IMG/VR virus record: IMGVR_UViG_3300027730_000005 | Source: a virus | Lineage: Duplodnaviria; Caudoviricetes | Strand: one strand, 5' to 3' | DNA: 64,000 bases | Shown here: positions 1 through 7,688 of the stretch, in pieces | Numbering within the stretch: position 1 is the stretch's first letter | Layout: every line of letters begins with the position of its first letter | Program-made: the position numbers and the translations under genes | Notes under the pieces: model-generated | What the model was told of the DNA's origin: nothing | Databases searched by the model: none | What the model saw: the letters and a program-made list of their open reading frames with translations, nothing else

Positions 1-120
1 ACATTCCTTCACAATCAACTCGGCGAACTTTTGATAAGAAAAATCATCATAATAAACCCAATGTGCTGTTTCAATCTTGGCACCTGCTTGAATGGCAAGT
101 TCATCAATTCGATTGTTCAT
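1..120 (-). CDS. FAELIV(R/K)EC-family small phage protein, truncated by window edge
   Basis: Manual translation MNNRIDELAIQAGAKIETAHWVYYDDFSYQKFAELIVKEC; same start and core motif as paralogs at 386, 806, 1036, 3006. Confidence 0.8.
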   Translation of the reverse strand, partial: MNNRIDELAIQAGAKIETAHWVYYDDFSYQKFAELIVKEC

Positions 121-212
121 TTGTCTAATCCTCGAACAAATAGACTGCCCACCATTGCCAGCAAGAATAACAATCCAAGACCGATAGCATAAACTATTAA
201 AAATTCAATCAT
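117..212 (-). CDS. 31-aa hydrophobic membrane peptide
   Basis: MIEFLIVYAIGLGLLFLLAMVGSLFVRGLDK; GGAG RBS upstream, ATGA overlap with the next gene. Confidence 0.6.
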   Translation of the reverse strand: MIEFLIVYAIGLGLLFLLAMVGSLFVRGLDK

Positions 213-240
213 TCTTCAACTCCGAAATGTTGTTTAATCT
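209..240 (-). repeat. Conserved gene-junction repeat (…CATTTCGGAGTTGAAGAATGA); copies at about 209, 386, 806, 1036, 1694, 3006
   Basis: 33 bp identical between 209-241 and 3006-3038; core GGAGTTGAA(G/C)AATGA in all six copies; contains GGAG and overlapping ATG/TGA. Confidence 0.9.
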
Positions 241-389
241 TCTAATTCAACATAGTAATAATCGTCGCCTTGAGTGCGGTTCAAGGTATCGGCATAATCT
301 TCTGCGTTTTTTCTTGATTCAAAAGACTGAACATATTCTGAGTATGTTTCATTATTTGAATCTACCGTATGTTTTACAATGTATTTCAT
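234..389 (-). CDS. 51-aa acidic hypothetical protein
   Basis: MKYIVKHTVDSNNETYSEY…YYYVELED; starts at a junction repeat. Confidence 0.6.
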   Translation of the reverse strand: MKYIVKHTVDSNNETYSEYVQSFESRKNAEDYADTLNRTQGDDYYYVELED

Positions 390-634
390 TGTTCAACTCC
401 GAAAAAGGTCTTGTGTAATGCTTCAAGATAATCGTCTGTGCCCATGTGTAGATTACCGTTGTCAATCTTGCTGTAGATGCCAGCACATTCCCGCACAATC
501 AACTCGGCGAACTTGTCCATGAAGTTTACCTGAGTTTCCCAAGAGTTATTCTGCCCACTTGGATATGCGGCTGAGGCAGTAGCAGCCTTTTCCCAAAGTT
601 CTTTAATTTTATCGTGCATCTGGATCTTTCTCAT
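386..634 (-). CDS. FAELIVREC-family small phage protein
   Basis: KFAELIVREC core, FFGVEQ end; true start may be MHDKIK. Confidence 0.8.
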   Translation of the reverse strand: MRKIQMHDKIKELWEKAATASAAYPSGQNNSWETQVNFMDKFAELIVRECAGIYSKIDNGNLHMGTDDYLEALHKTFFGVEQ

Positions 635-809
635 AACAAGTTAAACATACTGCATCATATCTCGGACCCATACAATGATAAATTGCACCATTGCAATACT
701 TGCAAAGAATAAATGCGTGAGTAACAATATAGCCTTCTCCGGGAGCATACATGGGATAGAATCCTTCTTCTCGTTCTGTATAACCGATTAGTTTTCGTTC
801 TTCGTTCAT
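609..809 (-). CDS. Small Cys-rich (CxxC…CxxC) hypothetical protein
   Basis: CKYC and CLTC pairs; starts at a junction repeat. Confidence 0.65.
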   Translation of the reverse strand: MNEERKLIGYTEREEGFYPMYAPGEGYIVTHAFILCKYCNGAIYHCMGPRYDAVCLTCYEKDPDAR

Positions 810-1039
810 TCTTCAACTCCAAAATGTTTTTTAATCGCTCTGGAACAATCGTGTGTGCCTCTTGACCATTCTGAACTAATCTTATGATCCAGTAGCAAAT
901 CACAATGATTGGCACATTCCCGAACAATCAACTCAACCAAGTCATACAATGCTCTACGATCAGTTTCAAACATTCCAGTGTTGGCATCATACTTTAAGTC
1001 TGGGATAGACTTGATAAGTTCATTTGCTCGTTCGTTCAT
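806..1039 (-). CDS. FAELIVREC-family small phage protein
   Basis: MNER start, ELIVREC core, HFGVEE end. Confidence 0.8.
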   Translation of the reverse strand: MNERANELIKSIPDLKYDANTGMFETDRRALYDLVELIVRECANHCDLLLDHKISSEWSRGTHDCSRAIKKHFGVEE

Positions 1040-1311
1040 TCTTCAACTCCGAAATGTTCTAACAAATCTGATCCATCGCACCAAGCCATACTAGCACCAT
1101 TAGGATTGGCCAACTTGTCATCCAATGTCTTGGCACATTCCCGAACAATCAACTCGGCGAATACTGTTTTTACTTTTTCTACTTGAGTCAAAGAAAGACT
1201 GGAATAAGTATCGGGTACTACACGATCCAATGCTTGACCCCAAAGTTTATCAATTGTAGACAACTTTGGAAAGTCAATAGGATTGTTTGTGTTTGAATAA
1301 TGCGTCATCAA
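1036..1311 (-). CDS. FAELIVREC-family small phage protein
   Basis: FAELIVREC core, HFGVEE end. Confidence 0.8.
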   Translation of the reverse strand: MMTHYSNTNNPIDFPKLSTIDKLWGQALDRVVPDTYSSLSLTQVEKVKTVFAELIVRECAKTLDDKLANPNGASMAWCDGSDLLEHFGVEE

Positions 1312-1554
1312 TCATTCTCCATTTCTTTTTTTAAGAAATTCATTATGTTTTTCCCATGTTCCTTCTTCATATCCGCCATCACCTGAGTTAATGTCTGCTC
1401 CGGCAAGAATCTGTTGATAGTCTAACCATTCACGGCAAATATTCATATGGTCATTGCGTTGCCACAGAACCTTGTCGTGACTGAGTTCTACATAGTCACG
1501 GGCAATGTATTCTATTAGTTGTTCGGCAGTAAGTTTTTTGGTATATTTGCTCAT
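1312..1554 (-). CDS. Hypothetical protein
   Basis: ORF track; start moved to MSKYTKK (ATGA overlap with the upstream stop). Confidence 0.65.
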   Translation of the reverse strand: MSKYTKKLTAEQLIEYIARDYVELSHDKVLWQRNDHMNICREWLDYQQILAGADINSGDGGYEEGTWEKHNEFLKKRNGE

Positions 1555-1697
1555 TCTTTCACCTTCTTGGAGCATTGAATGATACAGATACTCTTGGCTT
1601 TTTTAGCAGTAGTTGAATGCTGACAGCACCAATCTGCATATTTTGTTCCAGCCGCACCCACATTATGGTGTACACATCCCTTGCAGTGTTTACTCAT
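1551..1697 (-). CDS. 48-aa Cys-rich hypothetical protein
   Basis: MSKHCKGCVHH…WCCQH…CIIQCSKKVKE; first gene after a consensus promoter, GGAG RBS. Confidence 0.6.
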   Translation of the reverse strand: MSKHCKGCVHHNVGAAGTKYADWCCQHSTTAKKAKSICIIQCSKKVKE

Positions 1698-1731
1698 TCT
1701 TCAACTCCTGTTTGTTGTTGTCTATGTGTAT

Positions 1732-1760
1732 ATTATACTACCAGAATCATTTATTGTCAA
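1732..1760 (-). promoter_or_regulatory. Sigma70-type early promoter
   Basis: TTGACA-17 bp-TATAAT, perfect consensus. Confidence 0.85.
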
Positions 1761-1788
1761 GTAAGTAAAAAGTATTACATCTATACCG

Positions 1789-1857
1789 GGGCAATACCAA
1801 AATAAATTTTAGGACAATACCAAAGTAAATTTTAGGGCAATACCAAAGTAAATTTTT
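1789..1857. repeat. Three tandem 23-bp repeats GG(G/A)CAATACCAAA(A/G)TAAATTTT(A/T)
   Basis: Units at 1789, 1812, 1835; degenerate fourth unit follows. Confidence 0.9.
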
Positions 1858-2035
1858 AACTACCACCAAAATTATTACTGCTCTCAATGGTCAATCGTTT
1901 AGTCACCTTGCTATACCGTAGCCAAAAGATTTTTGATCCATAACGGAATCTAAATCCAAGGCTACTTTTATCATTGGGTGGATAAAAGTTAACGCCATTG
2001 CGGATCACTCCGCCTTCTTGTGTGATATGTATCAT
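1856..2035 (-). CDS. 59-aa hypothetical protein
   Basis: MIHITQEGGVIRNGVNFYPP…; ATGA overlap with the upstream gene. Confidence 0.55.
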   Translation of the reverse strand: MIHITQEGGVIRNGVNFYPPNDKSSLGFRFRYGSKIFWLRYSKVTKRLTIESSNNFGGS

Positions 2036-2259
2036 TCTATATCCTGATTAAAGTAGTGAGTGCGAATGGTTGAGTCATCTTCTCCACGCTGAAGTCTGCT
2101 GAGTGCATCAATCAGGGCGGGGATAGTTCGCCGATCAAAGGTAAACTTGACGGCTTCACCCAAAAAATCATAGTCGTGTATTTGCATACTCACCATCAAT
2201 CTATCATCACTCATTGTGATGTATGGTGTTCCGTCTGGCCGACAAATCTCAACTTTCAT
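2032..2259 (-). CDS. Hypothetical protein
   Basis: ORF track; GGAG RBS. Confidence 0.65.
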   Translation of the reverse strand: MKVEICRPDGTPYITMSDDRLMVSMQIHDYDFLGEAVKFTFDRRTIPALIDALSRLQRGEDDSTIRTHYFNQDIE

Positions 2260-2262
2260 AGA

Positions 2263-2445
2263 TCAACTCCATTTCAATATAAACCACATGGCGTCTTTGT
2301 CATCGCCAAAGAAATAATCAATCTTAGATTGATCGTAAGTATTATATCCATCACAATGTAAGTCGTTAGTAATGTAACTTGGGCAATATTTTTTAGCCCA
2401 CTCTAACGGAGTCCAAAGCGGGTCGTAAGGTAGGGTAACTGTCAT
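2263..2445 (-). CDS. Small protein ending WFxLxWS
   Basis: Start at MTVTLPYDP; ends AMWFILKWS. Confidence 0.65.
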   Translation of the reverse strand: MTVTLPYDPLWTPLEWAKKYCPSYITNDLHCDGYNTYDQSKIDYFFGDDKDAMWFILKWS

Positions 2446-2681
2446 GAACTCCACCTCAACGCAAACCAAGTTGCCAACTTGGGATCTTTGACTGTGATAG
2501 TAGGCACATATTCAAACGGATCATCGCCAAATGCCTCAGGGTGTACAGGCACTGTAATGCGCTCGTAGAACCAAGCACACGCGGCACTGTCTTTGATATT
2601 AGTCATATTTCCTCTGCCCACATTTTCGTATAACCATTCAACACATCCGTCGGGCACACCTTGACGAAACTCAACTTTCAT
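2442..2681 (-). CDS. Small protein ending WFxLxWS (paralog of the neighbour)
   Basis: Start at MKVEFRQG; ends ATWFALRWSS. Confidence 0.65.
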   Translation of the reverse strand: MKVEFRQGVPDGCVEWLYENVGRGNMTNIKDSAACAWFYERITVPVHPEAFGDDPFEYVPTITVKDPKLATWFALRWSS

Positions 2682-2836
2682 AGTCCTACCTGTTTGCCAA
2701 ACAAACAATAAACCTCAAACCATTTAGTAGAAGGATTCTCAATTAAGTATGGATTAACTCTAAAAGATATTTCCCAGTCTCTTGACCACTGAAAGTGTCG
2801 TGTGCCAAATCTAATATTAAACCAAAGATTACTCAT
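2678..2836 (-). CDS. 52-aa hypothetical protein
   Basis: MSNLWFNIRFGTRHFQW…; ATGA overlaps at both ends. Confidence 0.55.
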   Translation of the reverse strand: MSNLWFNIRFGTRHFQWSRDWEISFRVNPYLIENPSTKWFEVYCLFGKQVGL

Positions 2837-3009
2837 ACTTCCCCGCAATGCTTGTTGTCTAGTTGTTCAATACTGTAAAACCCTAGTTTCAGACCCAGTC
2901 TTTCCCATAGAGTTAACCAATGTATTCTACCATTGCGACAATATAATAGTGGACCATCGATGTGGTTCCATTTGATATGCGGTTCACTATAAGCAGGATA
3001 TTGTATCAT
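2833..3009 (-). CDS. 58-aa hypothetical protein
   Basis: MIQYPAYSEPHIKW…; starts at a junction repeat. Confidence 0.55.
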   Translation of the reverse strand: MIQYPAYSEPHIKWNHIDGPLLYCRNGRIHWLTLWERLGLKLGFYSIEQLDNKHCGEV

Positions 3010-3224
3010 TCTTCAACTCCGAAATGTTGTTTAATCTTGCTACCGATATTATAATCGGTCCCTTCGTTTAGTTCCATATGCTCACACGCAATATTAGCAC
3101 ATTCCCTAACAATCAACTCTGCGAACTTTTTACGGAAAATAAATTCCCATTCATCTAAGTCAGTTGTTTCTCGACTAGCATATTGACTAGCCTGGTCTTC
3201 AAGTTCTCGAATTCGTTCGTTCAT
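3006..3224 (-). CDS. FAELIVREC-family small phage protein
   Basis: MNERIREL start, KFAELIVREC core, HFGVEE end. Confidence 0.8.
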   Translation of the reverse strand: MNERIRELEDQASQYASRETTDLDEWEFIFRKKFAELIVRECANIACEHMELNEGTDYNIGSKIKQHFGVEE

Positions 3225-3436
3225 TTGTATTCCTTCACCAAGCGATCCATTTCGCGGTCAAACCCAACAATGGCCCAGGCCTTGGCCTTGAGGCTCTTAC
3301 GAAGAGCACGTTCACGTTCTGCTTCACCGTCTGCTGTACGGGCAAAGTCTGCCCAGGCATCACTGGCTCTGAAATCACCATCGACCCAACCCAGAGCAAT
3401 GGAGTACATTGATAGCAGTTTCATTTCTGGTTTCAT
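3221..3436 (-). CDS. Hypothetical protein
   Basis: ORF track, co-oriented, ATGA overlap. Confidence 0.6.
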   Translation of the reverse strand: MKPEMKLLSMYSIALGWVDGDFRASDAWADFARTADGEAERERALRKSLKAKAWAIVGFDREMDRLVKEYK

Positions 3437-3450
3437 TCTTGTTCCTTAAA

Positions 3451-3639
3451 TTAACGAACGGACAAACGCTTGAACACTGCCATGATCTCAGGCTTGTTCA
3501 TCAGCTTGTCGAATGCTTCCTGTGGGTTGTAGAACTCACCAGTCTTACGGTCCTGAACCATAGGTGCGTTGAGCTTGTGAATGTTATCGCTAACATACTG
3601 GTCAGTCCACTCTTTGAACGATTTAGTGTCTTTGCTCAT
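3451..3639 (-). CDS. Hypothetical protein
   Basis: AGGAG RBS directly downstream of a promoter. Confidence 0.7.
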   Translation of the reverse strand: MSKDTKSFKEWTDQYVSDNIHKLNAPMVQDRKTGEFYNPQEAFDKLMNKPEIMAVFKRLSVR

Positions 3640-3665
3640 TGTGTGCTCCTGTTCAACATGTATGT

Positions 3666-3694
3666 ATTATAACGCCGAATCAAAGACCTGTCAA
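3666..3694 (-). promoter_or_regulatory. Sigma70-type early promoter
   Basis: TTGACA-17 bp-TATAAT. Confidence 0.85.
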
Positions 3695-3921
3695 CCTCTA
3701 GGGTTATTCAGCTTGTTCAGTGCTTCGAGGTGCTCAGCCTTGCTCAGTTCCAACTCATAGATCATGTGGATCAAGTAGAGCATCATGATCACTGCGGCTC
3801 CGATGCCAATGTAGGGCAAGGGCACGAAGATCAATAAGGTGCTGGTTAGGGTACCAGCCAGTACAGCCACACCGAATACCTTGGCCATGTTGCGAATTGC
3901 GGTTTGTTTGGGAGTCATCAT
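3691..3921 (-). CDS. Small two-TM membrane protein
   Basis: Two hydrophobic segments; AAGGA RBS. Confidence 0.65.
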   Translation of the reverse strand: MMTPKQTAIRNMAKVFGVAVLAGTLTSTLLIFVPLPYIGIGAAVIMMLYLIHMIYELELSKAEHLEALNKLNNPRG

Positions 3922-3949
3922 ATTTCCTTTGTGTCTATGTATGTATTAT

Positions 3950-3974
3950 AGCAAAACGGTTTAACCGTTTTGCT
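3950..3974. repeat. Perfect inverted repeat AGCAAAACGGTT-T-AACCGTTTTGCT
   Basis: 12-bp arms, 1-nt spacer; abuts a minus-strand TATAAT at 3945-3950. Confidence 0.85.
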
Positions 3975-4305
3975 TGACCCGCACATCAGTATTCAGTGCA
4001 GGCATGTACTGAGCAATCAGCTGTCGTTCCAACTTATGTGCAACTTCTTTGCCACGCACAATGTCAACTATGGTTGACACTATGCTATCAGTACCGGCAT
4101 TACGAATTGCTTCGTACAAAGCCCAGCTCTTGTCTTCAGTGCGGCTGCGATAGATGTGCTTGTTTACACGGCTACGCAGGCTCATCAACACAGTACGCTG
4201 AGTCTTGGCAGTGATACCAATGTAAGTCTCGAACCCGATATGCAAAGCATATACAATATGAGTGCGATCAACACGCTTTTTACGAGTGGCTTTTTTTGCT
4301 TCCAT
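3961..4305 (-). CDS. Stand-alone GIY-YIG family nuclease
   Basis: IVY…YIGIT, then R…H, E and LN in GIY-YIG order. Confidence 0.6.
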   Translation of the reverse strand: MEAKKATRKKRVDRTHIVYALHIGFETYIGITAKTQRTVLMSLRSRVNKHIYRSRTEDKSWALYEAIRNAGTDSIVSTIVDIVRGKEVAHKLERQLIAQYMPALNTDVRVKQNG

Positions 4306-4311
4306 ACATGT

Positions 4312-4340
4312 ATTATAGCCGATTTGACGATTTTGGTCAA
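4312..4340 (-). promoter_or_regulatory. Sigma70-type early promoter
   Basis: TTGACC-17 bp-TATAAT. Confidence 0.75.
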
Positions 4341-4431
4341 CCGTTTTGCCGGGTAAAAAAGCCTACTTTTTTGTGGCGTTTTTACAACAAATTTAGTGTG
4401 AGTTTCTCACAACATATAATATTATCAATTA

Positions 4432-4794
4432 TTATTGAGTATAATTCTCGAGAAACTGATTTAAATCCCCATAAAGATTAGCTAAAAATGCTTCTTTTGA
4501 TCCGTAGAATTTAATGCTGGGATTTTTTCTATCTATATTAAGATAATATGGATCTTGTAATCGTTGATCCAATTGTACTAATAGTTTGGGACGTATTTGT
4601 TCAGGTCGAATATCAAAATTATAATGCTCGATATTCATTCGTTGCATTGCAATATAACCATGAGCACTGAGACGCATACCTGCACCTTGACGAGAATTTC
4701 GCCACCATGTTTGCATGGCCCAATCTAATCCTGGACGCTGAGATTCAGGAAACTGCCTGATCAGTGCTTCAGTAATGGCTTGTTTATTTCGCAT
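4432..4794 (-). CDS. Hypothetical protein
   Basis: 120-aa ORF, co-oriented. Confidence 0.7.
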   Translation of the reverse strand: MRNKQAITEALIRQFPESQRPGLDWAMQTWWRNSRQGAGMRLSAHGYIAMQRMNIEHYNFDIRPEQIRPKLLVQLDQRLQDPYYLNIDRKNPSIKFYGSKEAFLANLYGDLNQFLENYTQ

Positions 4795-5080
4795 TGGGGT
4801 ATATTTTATCCCCTTGTTTGAGCAATACTACAGAAAACTTATCAGTGCGAAACTGAATGTTTAGTTTTCTAGCCAAATTGATTGCATGTCCTTTATTTGA
4901 AAAAGATACTTTTTTATACTTGGGACCTGGATACTGAGTGAGTAAATTTGAAGTCTTGAGATTGATTGGTCGATTATCAAAGAACACTGCCCAGATACCT
5001 TCGCTGGCCAATACCTGTTCAGTTTTATAGGTCTGCTTGTTGGTGTTCTCTATTAACACTGATGGTTTGGGGCGGCTCAT
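4784..5080 (-). CDS. Hypothetical protein
   Basis: AGGAG RBS, ATAAATA motif at 5099-5105. Confidence 0.75.
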   Translation of the reverse strand: MSRPKPSVLIENTNKQTYKTEQVLASEGIWAVFFDNRPINLKTSNLLTQYPGPKYKKVSFSNKGHAINLARKLNIQFRTDKFSVVLLKQGDKIYPNAK

Positions 5081-5123
5081 CCATTATACTCCTACATTTA
5101 TTTATGCAAAAATGTAGGAGTAT

Positions 5124-5333
5124 TTAGAAGTCTTTCCCGCCCAGTTCCACAGTAATAACTTGTTCTTTTTGTGCAGTCAACAGCTGAGTTTGCAGTTCTG
5201 TTATGGCCAACAACATCTTGGTTATGTCAGCATGCAAGTCCTTGGCATCTCGAATTGGCATCATGAATTCACGTTGTCCACGTGCTTCATGTGCCTTTAC
5301 TGAATCAATGAATCGATTAATGTGTATACTCAT
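5124..5333 (-). CDS. Hypothetical protein
   Basis: ORF track. Confidence 0.7.
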   Translation of the reverse strand: MSIHINRFIDSVKAHEARGQREFMMPIRDAKDLHADITKMLLAITELQTQLLTAQKEQVITVELGGKDF

Positions 5334-5869
5334 TTTTTAATACCATAAAAATATAAATCTTGAAGTTCCCAATTTACTGTTCTAAAATTCCATTCATTGA
5401 AATGAAGATTAAAATCAATCTTGCTGGTAAAATCTTCGGCAGTTAAATTTTTGTAGTATTCCCATCCGATACTGGTAGTTAACGAGTGCGTGGGCGATGT
5501 TCTTGATGTACCGTGTTCTTCACGGCCAGTAGTGGCACAAGTGAATATCACTATCCCATTATGTTTGCACATTCTTATCATGTTGATGAATGTTTCTAAC
5601 CAATAAGGATTGTGCTCAAAACATTCTGCAGAAATTACCACATCAAAATGATTTGATGGACCATCAAACTCCTGCCCGCCTACAACTATATCTACTCCGT
5701 TACCAGGAGCAACATCTAATCCAATGTGCTGCGATGTATTTTGAATTATAGATCGAATTGACCCATTTACATCATAGCTTCCTACTTCTAAAAGTTTTGG
5801 AAATTTAAAGAAATCAGGAAATCGATCTCTAATTTCCTCAACGAATTTTTGTTGTAATGAATGCGACAT
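5330..5869 (-). CDS. Class I SAM-dependent methyltransferase
   Basis: LLEVGS motif I, IGLD motif II, FDVVISAECFEH. Confidence 0.8.
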   Translation of the reverse strand: MSHSLQQKFVEEIRDRFPDFFKFPKLLEVGSYDVNGSIRSIIQNTSQHIGLDVAPGNGVDIVVGGQEFDGPSNHFDVVISAECFEHNPYWLETFINMIRMCKHNGIVIFTCATTGREEHGTSRTSPTHSLTTSIGWEYYKNLTAEDFTSKIDFNLHFNEWNFRTVNWELQDLYFYGIKK

Positions 5870-5874
5870 AATTA

Positions 5875-6255
5875 TCAGGAGAACTTGTTAAAAGCACCCT
5901 TCTTTTTCAAGAATGGTTTCAAGTTTGGTGGTTCCCATCCTTGTGGTTTGAGTACTTTACCATCTTCACGCTTGCGCACCTTGCCTGTTCCTTTATCGAT
6001 CTTGGCAAAGTTAGTAGCCATAACTTCTTTCCAAGCACCTTCGGCATCCCAACCTGCGCTGTGTATAGCACCAATTGTAACAACTAGGATATCAATAAGT
6101 GCATCTAGCGTTTCGATATCGTCGTCTGCATCTTTGAGCTCTTGGTATTCCTCATCGATTAGATCCATATACATATCGAACTGTGCTTGATCGCCTGTGA
6201 CATTTTGGTCACAGGCTTTCATAAATTTTTCTTGGTCACGGAAGAGGTTTGACAT
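5875..6255 (-). CDS. MazG-like / PRA-PH NTP pyrophosphohydrolase
   Basis: LIDEEYQEL…ETLDALIDILVV…NFAK…REDGKVLKP; start moved to MSNLFRD. Confidence 0.75.
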   Translation of the reverse strand: MSNLFRDQEKFMKACDQNVTGDQAQFDMYMDLIDEEYQELKDADDDIETLDALIDILVVTIGAIHSAGWDAEGAWKEVMATNFAKIDKGTGKVRKREDGKVLKPQGWEPPNLKPFLKKKGAFNKFS

Positions 6256-6694
6256 TGGCTTCTTCTTTGGTATAAAATGGACCTTGATACGGATAACGTT
6301 CCAAGGTAATGAGTTTAGGGCTTTGTACAATGCACCAAGTTCGGCGTTGTTTGACCTGATACCAGCCAGCTGCAAACCACGAACGTGACTTGCGATTCTT
6401 GGTATACAATGGCAATTTATGTTGCACATCCCAGATGGGATTGTACACTCGAGATCCAGACGGATATCCTTGTACTTGATAGCTAGCAGGTTCCTGGTTA
6501 GGTTTGTTTCCTACTGCTGGAAATTCAATATCGACCTGTTTGCGGATCATTGCAATGGTCTTAAATGGCATGACCTTGTCATTAATACGCACTGCAAAGC
6601 CATCTCCTGTGGCTTCAATATTACCAATTTTTTTATTATCCTGTGTAAGGATGTAAAACTGATCCTTGATCACGGGTTTAGCTATGATGCTCAT
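6236..6694 (-). CDS. Hypothetical protein
   Basis: 152-aa ORF, co-oriented. Confidence 0.7.
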   Translation of the reverse strand: MSIIAKPVIKDQFYILTQDNKKIGNIEATGDGFAVRINDKVMPFKTIAMIRKQVDIEFPAVGNKPNQEPASYQVQGYPSGSRVYNPIWDVQHKLPLYTKNRKSRSWFAAGWYQVKQRRTWCIVQSPKLITLERYPYQGPFYTKEEANVKPLP

Positions 6695-7688
6695 CTAGTG
6701 TTCCTTTATATGTTTCGTTGAGCCAACGAGCATATTGCTCTGCTGACTCGGATATCTTGTTGAGGTCGTATTTGCCACAGAACTTCATAAATCTCACACC
6801 AACTTGACCAATGTCTTTGTGGCTGATCTGTTCACGTATTGCACCGTCCACTTTGGCTTTGATATCTTCTGGCTGTGCAGTTAAATCAATCAACACACGA
6901 TTGCGTTCGTAGTCGTCCTTTACACGATGCTCCTCACCGTTGTGATCAGACCATCTTTGTAACATGAGATTATTCCACGAATAGCCTTTACTGTTACGAT
7001 CTTCAAATGCTTCTTGCAAGCCAACTTTGTTTTTGGTGCCTTTGGTTCGCACACCAGGATATGCACTAAAGACGTTGTCTGAGGTGTCGCCGCGCATACA
7101 TTTTTCAAACAGCAACCATTCGGGATCAGGAATAGTTTTGTCTGTCTTGGTCTTTTTATCTTGCACACGTCGGCCCTTGGCATCAAATATACCAGTGATT
7201 GTGTGAAGCTCGTCAGTGATGCCATTATATTGGCTAACGTTGGGTGCCAGCAATTGTATAAAATCAGTGTCTGATGAAATGATATAGTGCTCGTCTTGCG
7301 GGTGCAAAGCTATCCAGCGAGCAATAACGTCGTCGGCTTCGGCTTCTGGATGTCGGATAACGCTACAATTAGTACCGTCAGCCAAATATTTAGTGAGACT
7401 ATCGTAAGTCTCCCAAAACAATTTATCCTCTTCTTGTTCTGTGTCGGACAATGCGGCACGAGCCACAGCACGATTCTTCTTGTAAGGCGCATAAAAGTCC
7501 TTGCGCCATGAGCGACCTTCTAAACAGAACACCACGTGGTCTGCTTGAAATTGTTTGTGTACTTTGTTTACACTGCTCATCACAATATGTAAAGCATATC
7601 CTACTTTTTCCCATGCATCGGCAGCACGGAAAACAGAGTGTCGAGCACGAAAAAAAGTGTTAGCTGTATCAATCAAAAGATATCGCAT
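6678..7688 (-). CDS. rnh: T4 RNase H-like 5'-3' exonuclease (FEN/PIN fold)
   Basis: LLIDTAN, EADDVIA, SSDTDFIQL, GDTSDNV acidic motifs. Confidence 0.85.
   Translation of the reverse strand: MRYLLIDTANTFFRARHSVFRAADAWEKVGYALHIVMSSVNKVHKQFQADHVVFCLEGRSWRKDFYAPYKKNRAVARAALSDTEQEEDKLFWETYDSLTKYLADGTNCSVIRHPEAEADDVIARWIALHPQDEHYIISSDTDFIQLLAPNVSQYNGITDELHTITGIFDAKGRRVQDKKTKTDKTIPDPEWLLFEKCMRGDTSDNVFSAYPGVRTKGTKNKVGLQEAFEDRNSKGYSWNNLMLQRWSDHNGEEHRVKDDYERNRVLIDLTAQPEDIKAKVDGAIREQISHKDIGQVGVRFMKFCGKYDLNKISESAEQYARWLNETYKGTLDEHHS

Noticed and set aside
1789-1857. CRISPR array
   Set aside because: Repeats are directly adjacent with no spacers; no cas genes.
209-3038. CRISPR-like or integron attC array formed by the junction repeats
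   Set aside because: Intervening DNA consists of whole genes of variable length; the repeat is not palindromic and no integrase is present.
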